In this document: positions 9,239-17,299 of the stretch, one piece after another | Layout: each line of letters starts with the position of its first letter | Position numbering within the stretch: position 1 is the first letter of the stretch | Made by a program: the position numbers and the translations under genes | Notes under the pieces: model-generated | The model's input: only the letters and a program-made list of their open reading frames with translations | What the model was told of the DNA's origin: nothing | The model's database searches: none | Source: Acutalibacteraceae bacterium | Lineage (GTDB): Bacteria; Bacillota; Clostridia; Oscillospirales; Acutalibacteraceae | DNA: 57,844 nucleotides | Direction: 5' to 3' | Assembly: GCA_045655165.1 (NCBI GenBank) | Contig: JAZOOT010000009.1 | Span: forward strand, 1-57,844

Positions 9239-10288
9239 ATGAAAAAAGAAACAAGAACGGTTAATGTTGGCGGTGTATTGCTTGGCGGAAATAACGATAT
9301 AAGCGTTCAATCAATGCTTAACGTTATTGCTACCGATATTAAGGGTAACGTTGAACAGGCAAAACAACTTAAAATGGCGGGTTGCGATATTTTACGCGTT
9401 GCTATACCCGATAAAAATGCCGTTCGTTTAATAGATGCCATAAAAAGCGAAGTTGATATTCCGCTTGTTGCCGATATTCATTTTGATTACCGTTTGGCGC
9501 TTGAAAGCGTGGCTGCGGGTATTGATAAAATTAGAATTAACCCCGGAAATATTGGGGAAGAAGATAAGGTAAAACTTGTTGCAAATGCTTGTAAAGCAAA
9601 AAATATTCCAATAAGAATTGGTGTTAATTCGGGCTCGCTTGAAAAAAACATTCTTGCTAAATACGGCCATGTTACTGCCGATGCTTTGGTGGAAAGCGGA
9701 CTTTACCATATTTCACTTTTAGAAAAATTTGATTTCGGTGATATTGTTTTATCACTAAAATCTTCTAATGTTCAAATGATGTATGATGCTTATGTTAAAG
9801 CAAGTGAAGTATGCAATTATCCTTTGCATTTGGGTGTAACCGAAGCGGGTACTTATAATGCAGGTTTAATTAAATCTGCTGCGGGAATTGGCGGACTTTT
9901 GCTTCGCGGTATTGGTTCAACAATTCGTGTTTCTCTTACCGATAACCCTGTCAAAGAGGTATATTGTGCAAAAGATTTACTTAAATCATTAGGTCTTAAA
10001 CAAGACGGCGTAAATTTTGTTTCTTGCCCGACCTGTGGCAGAACCCAAATTGATTTAATTGGCCTTGCAAATAAAATCGAAGATAAATTTAAAAATTTAA
10101 ACAAAAATATAACCATTGCCGTTATGGGATGTGTTGTAAACGGCCCTGGCGAAGCGCGTGAAGCCGATATCGGCATTGCAGGCGGAAAAGGCAATGGCGT
10201 ATTGTTTAAAAAAGGTGAAATAATTAAAAGTAATATACCCGAAGCGGAACTAATTAGCGCTTTGGAAAAGGAAATAGAAAGTTTATAA
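9239..10288 (+). CDS. ispG: 4-hydroxy-3-methylbut-2-en-1-yl diphosphate synthase
   Basis: RINPGNIG, FVSCPTCGRT, VMGCVVNGPGEA. ATG 9239 with SD GAGGA upstream is preferred over GTG 9227. Confidence 0.9.
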   Translation: MKKETRTVNVGGVLLGGNNDISVQSMLNVIATDIKGNVEQAKQLKMAGCDILRVAIPDKNAVRLIDAIKSEVDIPLVADIHFDYRLALESVAAGIDKIRINPGNIGEEDKVKLVANACKAKNIPIRIGVNSGSLEKNILAKYGHVTADALVESGLYHISLLEKFDFGDIVLSLKSSNVQMMYDAYVKASEVCNYPLHLGVTEAGTYNAGLIKSAAGIGGLLLRGIGSTIRVSLTDNPVKEVYCAKDLLKSLGLKQDGVNFVSCPTCGRTQIDLIGLANKIEDKFKNLNKNITIAVMGCVVNGPGEAREADIGIAGGKGNGVLFKKGEIIKSNIPEAELISALEKEIESL

Positions 10289-10297
10289 GGTGAATTT

Positions 10298-13200
10298 ATG
10301 TCGGCAAAATTTTGTGATGTGTTTTCAGATATTTTAACGCTTCAACTAACCAACGCGTTTAGCGATGCAATACTCAGCAAGTGCGATATTGATACCGAAA
10401 ACCGCGTTATTTACGTTGAAGTAAATACCGAAACATACATAAAAAAACAGTATACAGATGCGTTTGTTAACTGCATTAAAAACGCACTTAAGTTAAAAGC
10501 AGTAACAGTTAATTATGTTTATTTAAACGATTGTTTTTGCAAACAAGCATGTATTGACGTTGCCGAAAAACTTACATATAAGCTTTCGTTTATTAACGGT
10601 TTTTTAAATGATGCCGAATTTAATTTAATCGGCAACACAGTTAAAATTGAACTTAAAAAAGGTGGTCTTGAAGTAATTGAAAGGGCAGGGTTTGTTAAAG
10701 AATTTCAAAAAGAAATTTATAATTTGTTTAACAAACAAATTGATGTTGAATTTTGCGGTGTATTAAAAACCGAAGAAGCACCGGTTTTGGAAGAACCGCC
10801 TGTAATTGATTACGATTACCCGTTGCCCGAACCTATAGATGAACCAATTTACGAACAACCTGTTTATGAAGAAAAAACTGTGGTTGTAAGTGAAGATTTG
10901 CCCGAAATTTTAAGCGAAGTTACCTTGTTTTACGGCAAAAGTATAGACGGCAAAAAAACACCGCTTAATATGTTAAATAAACCCACTGAAGCAAATCAAA
11001 AGATTTTGGTTTCGGGCTGGGGCGAAGTGTTTGGTTATGAAGAAAAGAATATAAATACCAAACGCGGTGCAAAGGTTGTTGTTAGTTTTTGTTTAAGCGA
11101 CGGTACCGATTCTATTTTTGCCAAAATGTTTATGGACCCCGAAAAAATGGAAACTATTAAAAAGGTTAAAAACGGGGCTGTAATTGTTTTTAGCGGTACA
11201 TATTCCTTTGATAATTTTATTCACGATTATGTGCTTGAACCAAAATCTATGGCAACTGCCGTTAAACGCAAGAAAAAAGATGTAGCAGAAGAAAAACGCG
11301 TTGAACTTCATTGCCATACAAATATGTCAATGAAAGACGCTGTTTGCAGTGCCGAAAGTGTTATAAATAAAGCTTACGAATATGGCCATAAAGCAATTGC
11401 CATTACCGACCACGGTGTTGTTCAGTCCTATCCCGCGGCGGCTTCTGCTGTTGGGAAAATTCAAAAAAATGGCGGCGATTTTAAACTAATTTACGGTGTT
11501 GAGGCATATTTTGTTGATGACACTAAGGGCGAAACTGATATTACAAAACTTCAGCGTTATCATCAAATTATTCTTGTTAAAAACCTTGTTGGTCTTAAAA
11601 ACCTTTACACTCTTGTTTCTAAGGCGCATATTGAAGATTATTATAGGCGTCCCCTTACAAGAAAAAGCGAACTTATAAAGCATCGCGAGGGCCTAATTGT
11701 TGGCAGCGCCTGCGAAGCAGGTGAACTTTATACTGCTATTGTTGACGGTAAAAGCGAAGAAGATATTTTAGAAATTGCTAAGTTTTACGATTACTTGGAA
11801 ATTCAACCGCTTTCAAACAACCAATTTATGGTTAGGGATTCAGGTAAACCCGATAAAGTTAATAAAAAAGGTGTTGTTACTCCAAACCGTTTTAAGCACG
11901 TAACAAGCGATGAAGTTATTAAAAACTTTAACCGAAAAGTTGTTGAAATCGGTGATAAATTAAATCTTCCCGTTGTTGCAACGGGTGATGTGCATTTTTT
12001 GAACGAAGAAGATGCAATTATAAGAAAAATTTTGTTAGCCGCACAGGGCTTTGCCGATTTTGACCATCAGGCATCGTTGTTTTTAAAGACAACCGATGAA
12101 ATGTTAAAAGAATTTGATTATTTTGGTGAACGTGCAAAAGAATTTGTTATTGATAACCCAAATAAAATTGCCAATATGGTTGACGGTAGTGTTATTCCTG
12201 TGCCAAAGGGCAATTACCCGCCCGTTATTGAAGGTTCGGATGAGTTACTGCGTAAAACCTGTTGGGATAGGGCAATGAACACTTACGGTTATAACGGCGA
12301 AATTCCCGATATTGTTAAAGACCGTCTTGCTACCGAACTTGACGGTGTAATTTCCAACGGATATTCAATTATGTACGTTTCGGCGCAAAAACTTGTGTCG
12401 TATAGCGAAGAAAACGGTTATTTGGTTGGTTCGCGTGGCAGCGTTGGCTCTTCGTTTGTTGCAACAATGGCAGGTGTTTCTGAAGTTAATCCGTTACCAC
12501 CGCATTATTACTGTCCTAAATGTAAATTTAGTGAATTTTTTAGCAGTAAAGATGTTGGCTCGGGCTTTGACTTGCCCGAAAAGAACTGCCCAAAATGTGG
12601 CACTCCCTATAAACGTGACGGTCACGATATACCTTTTGCAACATTCCTTGGTTTTAAAGGCGATAAAGTACCCGATATTGACCTTAACTTTTCAGATGAA
12701 TTTCAAACTGAAGTGCAAAAGTACACCGAAAAAATGTTCGGCCGCGAAAACGTGTTTAAGGCAGGTACAATTTCTACCATTGCCGAAAAAACTGCGTTTG
12801 GTTTTGTAAAGGCATATTGTGAAGAAAAGGGAATAACCTTAAGCCAAGCAGAAATAAATAGGTTGGCAAAACTTGTTGAGGGCTCTAAAATAAAAGCCAC
12901 AACAGGTCAACATCCTGCGGGTATGGTAATTGTTCCAAGGGATAAATCAATTTACGATTTTTGCCCAATTCAGCACCCGGCTGACGACCCCGATTCTGAT
13001 ATTCTTACAACTCATTTTGATTTCCATTCCATTCACGATACCATTTTAAAACTTGATGAACTTGGTCACGTTGTGCCTACTACCTATAAATATCTTGAAG
13101 AATACACCGGTATTAAGGTCACCGATATTTCTATGAGTGACCCAAAAGTGTACAGTTTGTTTACTTCTACCGAAGCGCTTGGTGTTACACCCGAAGAAAT

Positions 13201-14122
13201 ATTTTCGCAAACTGGTACTTATTGCGTTCCCGAATTTGGTACTAACTTTGTAATGGGAATGCTTGTTGACTGTAAGCCAAAATGCTTTTCCGATTTATTG
13301 CAGGTTTCAGGTCTTTCACACGGTACCGACGTTTGGCTTGGCAATGCAAAAGACCTTATTGACAGCGGTACTTGCACCATTGCCAACGTTATAGGAACGC
13401 GTGATAATATTATGGTTTACCTTATTAACCAAGGTATGGAAAACGGCAGAGCGTTTAAAATTACCGAAACTGTTCGTAAAGGTTTAATTGCAAAAGGCAT
13501 TGTTTCTAAGGAAGATTGGGAAGCAATGGAAAACGATATGCGCGCTGTTGGCGTGCCCGAATGGTATATTGCTTCTTGTAAAAAGATTAAATATATGTTT
13601 CCAAAAGCTCATGCTGCAGCATATGTTATTTCGGCTTTGCGTTTAGCTTGGTACAAAGTTTACAAACCGCTTGAATTTTACTGTGCTTACTTTACAGCAA
13701 GACCCGAAGATGTTGAAGTTGATATTATTACAAAGGGCAGAGGCGCCGTTGTAAGTGCTATTAACAGTATTAAGCAAAAGGGCAAAGAAGCTTCGGCAAA
13801 AGAACTTTCGGTTTTAGATAACCTTTATATCTTTAACGAAATGCTTGCGCGCGGAATTGAAATTTTGCCTGTAGATTTAAACAAATCACACGCCGTTAAA
13901 TATGTTCCCGAAAACGGAAAAATGCGTTTGCCGTTCGGTGCAATTTCGGGAATGGGTGATAAAGCGGCCTTTGCAGTTTATGAAACGGCGCAAAAGGGCA
14001 ATTACATTTCAAAAGAAGATTTCCAAATTGAAGCCGGCGTTACAAAAGCAGTTATGCAGTCGCTTAACGATTTAGGGGTTTTAGATGCAATACCTGATAC
14101 AAATCAAATGTCAATGTTCTAA
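10298..14122 (+). CDS. polC: DNA polymerase III PolC-type alpha subunit, apparently lacking the exonuclease insertion
   Basis: 1274 aa. OB region, PHP motifs (ELHCHTNMS, ITDHGVVQ, GVEAY), PolC zinc module (YYCPKCKFSEF...CPKCG), polymerase core (GSRGSVGSSFVA, KAHAAAYV). No DxETTG-type Exo motif found (see finding). Confidence 0.9.
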   Translation: MSAKFCDVFSDILTLQLTNAFSDAILSKCDIDTENRVIYVEVNTETYIKKQYTDAFVNCIKNALKLKAVTVNYVYLNDCFCKQACIDVAEKLTYKLSFINGFLNDAEFNLIGNTVKIELKKGGLEVIERAGFVKEFQKEIYNLFNKQIDVEFCGVLKTEEAPVLEEPPVIDYDYPLPEPIDEPIYEQPVYEEKTVVVSEDLPEILSEVTLFYGKSIDGKKTPLNMLNKPTEANQKILVSGWGEVFGYEEKNINTKRGAKVVVSFCLSDGTDSIFAKMFMDPEKMETIKKVKNGAVIVFSGTYSFDNFIHDYVLEPKSMATAVKRKKKDVAEEKRVELHCHTNMSMKDAVCSAESVINKAYEYGHKAIAITDHGVVQSYPAAASAVGKIQKNGGDFKLIYGVEAYFVDDTKGETDITKLQRYHQIILVKNLVGLKNLYTLVSKAHIEDYYRRPLTRKSELIKHREGLIVGSACEAGELYTAIVDGKSEEDILEIAKFYDYLEIQPLSNNQFMVRDSGKPDKVNKKGVVTPNRFKHVTSDEVIKNFNRKVVEIGDKLNLPVVATGDVHFLNEEDAIIRKILLAAQGFADFDHQASLFLKTTDEMLKEFDYFGERAKEFVIDNPNKIANMVDGSVIPVPKGNYPPVIEGSDELLRKTCWDRAMNTYGYNGEIPDIVKDRLATELDGVISNGYSIMYVSAQKLVSYSEENGYLVGSRGSVGSSFVATMAGVSEVNPLPPHYYCPKCKFSEFFSSKDVGSGFDLPEKNCPKCGTPYKRDGHDIPFATFLGFKGDKVPDIDLNFSDEFQTEVQKYTEKMFGRENVFKAGTISTIAEKTAFGFVKAYCEEKGITLSQAEINRLAKLVEGSKIKATTGQHPAGMVIVPRDKSIYDFCPIQHPADDPDSDILTTHFDFHSIHDTILKLDELGHVVPTTYKYLEEYTGIKVTDISMSDPKVYSLFTSTEALGVTPEEIFSQTGTYCVPEFGTNFVMGMLVDCKPKCFSDLLQVSGLSHGTDVWLGNAKDLIDSGTCTIANVIGTRDNIMVYLINQGMENGRAFKITETVRKGLIAKGIVSKEDWEAMENDMRAVGVPEWYIASCKKIKYMFPKAHAAAYVISALRLAWYKVYKPLEFYCAYFTARPEDVEVDIITKGRGAVVSAINSIKQKGKEASAKELSVLDNLYIFNEMLARGIEILPVDLNKSHAVKYVPENGKMRLPFGAISGMGDKAAFAVYETAQKGNYISKEDFQIEAGVTKAVMQSLNDLGVLDAIPDTNQMSMF

Positions 14123-14170
14123 TCTTTTTTGTGTAAAATGTTAATATTTTTTTAAAACCTTAAAAAAAGG

Positions 14171-14198
14171 TTGCAATTTTGTAACTATTTGTTATAAT
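14171..14198 (+). promoter_or_regulatory. sigma-A-like promoter upstream of the M23 peptidase gene
   Basis: TTGCAA 14171-14176, 16-nt spacer, TGT-TATAAT (extended -10) with TATAAT at 14193-14198. Confidence 0.4.
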
Positions 14199-14203
14199 AA
14201 GAT

Positions 14204-14220
14204 GGTAACAATTTTGTAAC
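14204..14220 (+). promoter_or_regulatory. WalR-type direct-repeat box (candidate)
   Basis: GGTAAC-AATTT-TGTAAC, one mismatch to TGTWAH-N5-TGTWAH. A second imperfect pair, TGTAAC-N4-TGTTAT, lies at 14180-14195. Confidence 0.25.
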
Positions 14221-14232
14221 CTTTTTTATTTT

Positions 14233-15609
14233 TTGTTGAAAGGACTTGTTTTTTTGAAAAAAATATTGGCGTTTTTCCAAAAAATTTTTAATAAAACTGT
14301 TAAAGCTATTAGCATTGCAGCGAAGGCAACGGCAAATTTTTTTGTTGCTTGCTTTAATGCGGTTTTAAAATTCTTTAAAACCGTAAAAATTGCTATTGTT
14401 GCTTTTTATAATTCTCATAAGGCAAATATGCGTAAATACATAATTGCGGGTTTTAGTGTTTTTATGGCGGCTACTATTTTGGCTGTTTGTCTTTCGGTTG
14501 GCGTAACACTTGCTTACGATGTTGTTTATAACGGCAAAAAAATTGCAACCGTTCGCACTATTAAAGATTATAATAATGCACTTTCTTTATCGCAAAAATT
14601 GGTTATGTGTAACAGTATTAAAGATTACACGCTTAATCCTGAATTTTTGCTTACCTTTACGGTTGAAGACAACCTTACTAAAACCGATGAATTAGCACAA
14701 ACCATTATTAATGAAACCGATGCAATTGTTCTTGCCGATTCGGTTTACATTGGCGGTGAACATTTCGGCAGTTTTTTTGAACAAGACGAAATTGACGAAT
14801 ACATTAATACTGAACTTAACAAATATAACCCCGAAGAGGGCGAAGTAAAAACTGAATTTGAAACACCGGTGGAAGTTAAAAAAGAATTTTATCCTAAGGC
14901 AGTTTGCAAAGATAAACAAGTTTTATATAATAAACTTGCAGAAATTCCTGTCAAAACTACTGTTGTATTAAGAAAACAATCGGAAATTAAGTACGCTGTT
15001 GAATCAAAAAAATCTGACACTCGTTTTGTTGGCGAAGTTGTTAGGGTTGTAAATGGTGAAACGGGCTTGGAAGAAACCGTTACACATTCGGTTTACATTA
15101 ACGGCAAACTTGTTAGTTCAGAAGTTGTTGAAAAAAAGGTTTTAAAAGAACCCATTGCCGAAGTAACTATTATTGGTACTTTACCAAGACAACTTGACCC
15201 TGAAACTTCTGCTCAAGTTAATGCACTTGGTCTTATTTATCCGCTTTTAAGAATTGGACCTCCAAACCAGATAGTAACTTCTTGGTGGGGCGACGGCAGA
15301 GGTCATAAGGGTATTGATATTGCTTCTCCCGGCGGAACACCAATTTATGCTGCTCAAAGTGGTACAGTTATTACTTCTTGCTATAGTTCAAGTTATGGTA
15401 ATTATATTATAATTGACCACGGTAACGGCTGGAAAACCTGTTATGCACACGCAAGTAAACTATATGCAAGGGTTGGCGAATATGTTTCGCAAGGTCAGGT
15501 AATTGCCGCAGTTGGCACAACAGGACAGTCAACAGGTAACCACTTGCACTTTGAAGTACGCAAAAATGATGTAAAAATTGACCCTGCGCCATTTCTTGGG
15601 TATTATTAA
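14233..15609 (+). CDS. membrane-anchored M23 (LytM-type) peptidase
   Basis: C-terminal HKGIDIA ... YGNYIIIDHGNGWKTCYAH ... GNHLHFEV. Start uncertain: TTG 14233, TTG 14254 (after AAAGGA) or ATG 14428. Confidence 0.8.
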   Translation: MLKGLVFLKKILAFFQKIFNKTVKAISIAAKATANFFVACFNAVLKFFKTVKIAIVAFYNSHKANMRKYIIAGFSVFMAATILAVCLSVGVTLAYDVVYNGKKIATVRTIKDYNNALSLSQKLVMCNSIKDYTLNPEFLLTFTVEDNLTKTDELAQTIINETDAIVLADSVYIGGEHFGSFFEQDEIDEYINTELNKYNPEEGEVKTEFETPVEVKKEFYPKAVCKDKQVLYNKLAEIPVKTTVVLRKQSEIKYAVESKKSDTRFVGEVVRVVNGETGLEETVTHSVYINGKLVSSEVVEKKVLKEPIAEVTIIGTLPRQLDPETSAQVNALGLIYPLLRIGPPNQIVTSWWGDGRGHKGIDIASPGGTPIYAAQSGTVITSCYSSSYGNYIIIDHGNGWKTCYAHASKLYARVGEYVSQGQVIAAVGTTGQSTGNHLHFEVRKNDVKIDPAPFLGYY

Positions 15610-15617
15610 AACAAAAT

Positions 15618-15653
15618 CGACTCAACATTCGTTGAGTCGGTTTTTATTTTTTT
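15618..15653 (+). terminator. intrinsic terminator
   Basis: CGACTCAAC (15618-15626), loop ATTC, GTTGAGTCG (15631-15639), then a T-run. Confidence 0.75.
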
Positions 15654-15709
15654 GTTGTAAAATGAATTAAATTGTGTTATTATATATTAAAAATTTTTTA
15701 AGGAGAATA

Positions 15710-17254
15710 ATGATGAGTGATAAAATTCAAATTTTAATTGCTATGTCAATTTATATGATAGCAGTAATTGCTATTGGTTTGATATATGCAAGACGGGCTA
15801 ACAAAAGCTCTGAAAACTACTTTTTGGGCGGCAGGTCTTTAGGCCCTTGGGTAACCGCAATGAGCGCCGAGGCCTCAGATATGAGCGGTTGGCTTTTAAT
15901 GGGACTTCCCGGTGTTGCATATTGGTGTGGACTTGCCGATGCATTTTGGACTGCGCTTGGCTTAGCAGTTGGTACATATTTTAACTGGCTTATTGTTTCA
16001 AAACGTTTACGCCGTTACAGTATTCGTGCTAATAATTCAATAACCTTGCCCGAATTCTTCTCTAACCGTTTTCGTGAAAACAAAAAGGTTATTATGACAA
16101 TAGCGGCATTATTTATTTTGGTATTCTTTACCGTTTACGCATCAAGTTGTTTTGTTACTTGCGGTAAATTGTTTTCAACACTTTTTGGAACCGATTATGT
16201 TGCAATGATGCTTTTGGGCGCAGTTTTTGTTTTAATTTACACAATTCTTGGCGGTTTCTTGGCAGAAAGCGCATCTGACTTTATGCAAAGTATTGTTATG
16301 ATTGTTGCTTTAACAGTAATTGTTATTATTGCTACCGTTAAAGCAGGGGGTATTGATGCAGTTTTAACAAATGCGCGTGAAATCCCCGGTTTCCTTGAAC
16401 TATTCGGTATTGCTAACCCTAATATAGTAGATGGGCAACAATCTATTGAAAAATTATTTAACAATGCAGAAAATTATGGTTTGCTTAATGTGTTCTCAAT
16501 GTTGGCTTGGGGTCTTGGTTACTTTGGTATGCCACAGGTACTTTTGCGATTTATGGCAATCCGCAGCGAAAAAGAATTAAAAGCATCAAGAAGAATTGCA
16601 ATGGTTTGGGTTGTAATTTCTTTGGCAGTTGCAGTATTTATTGGTATTGTTGGTCGTCAGCTTATGCCTACAGTTCATTTAACAAAAGCAGATGCTGAAA
16701 ATATTTTCATAACTCTTTCAACAAGTTATTTGCCCTCAATTTTGGCAGGATTTGTAATGGCAGGCATTTTGGCAGCAACAATTAGTTCTTCAGATTCATA
16801 TTTACTTATTGCTGCAAGTGCTTTTGCAAAGAATATTTACCAAGGTATTGCAAACAAAAAAGCAACCGATAAACAAGTTATGTGGGTATCAAGAATTACA
16901 CTTCTTGTAATTGCCGTTATCGCTGCATTTATTGCACTTGATAAAGATAGTGTAATTTTCCAAATAGTTTCTTTTGCTTGGGCAGGTTTCGGCGCAACAT
17001 TTGGTCCGCTTATGTTGTTCTCGCTTTTCTGGAAACGCACAACAAGAAGTGGTGCTATTGCCGGTATGATTGGCGGCGGCGCAATGGTGTTTATTTGGAA
17101 ACTTTTAATTGCAAAACTTGGCGGGGCATTTGCTATATATGAACTATTACCCGCATTTATATTCTCTTCAATTTGTATTGTTGTTGTTTCCTTACTTTCA
17201 AAGAAACCCAGTGCCGAAATAGAAGAAGATTTCGAAGCAGTAAAAAATATGTAG
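15710..17254 (+). CDS. putP: sodium/proline symporter (SSS family)
   Basis: YFLGGRSLGPWVTAMSAEASDMSGWLLMGLPG, GWGLGYFGMPQVLLRFMA, FAWAGFGATFGPLMLFSLFW closely follow PutP. ATG 15710/15713 lies after AAGGAGA. Confidence 0.8.
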   Translation: MMSDKIQILIAMSIYMIAVIAIGLIYARRANKSSENYFLGGRSLGPWVTAMSAEASDMSGWLLMGLPGVAYWCGLADAFWTALGLAVGTYFNWLIVSKRLRRYSIRANNSITLPEFFSNRFRENKKVIMTIAALFILVFFTVYASSCFVTCGKLFSTLFGTDYVAMMLLGAVFVLIYTILGGFLAESASDFMQSIVMIVALTVIVIIATVKAGGIDAVLTNAREIPGFLELFGIANPNIVDGQQSIEKLFNNAENYGLLNVFSMLAWGLGYFGMPQVLLRFMAIRSEKELKASRRIAMVWVVISLAVAVFIGIVGRQLMPTVHLTKADAENIFITLSTSYLPSILAGFVMAGILAATISSSDSYLLIAASAFAKNIYQGIANKKATDKQVMWVSRITLLVIAVIAAFIALDKDSVIFQIVSFAWAGFGATFGPLMLFSLFWKRTTRSGAIAGMIGGGAMVFIWKLLIAKLGGAFAIYELLPAFIFSSICIVVVSLLSKKPSAEIEEDFEAVKNM

Positions 17255-17265
17255 AAGTTAAAATA

Positions 17266-17294
17266 AAAAGCACCGTTTTAACGGTGCTTTTTTA
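17266..17294. terminator. bidirectional intrinsic terminator between putP and the convergent ATPase gene
   Basis: AAAAGCACCGT / ACGGTGCTTTT with TTTA loop. A-run and T-run flank it. Confidence 0.75.
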
Positions 17295-17299
17295 TTGCT

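Noticed and set aside
14171-14225. CodY box (AATTTTCWGAAAATT) in the M23 promoter
   Set aside because: AATTTTGTAACTATT has too many mismatches and lacks the palindromic half. The WalR-type direct-repeat reading fits better.
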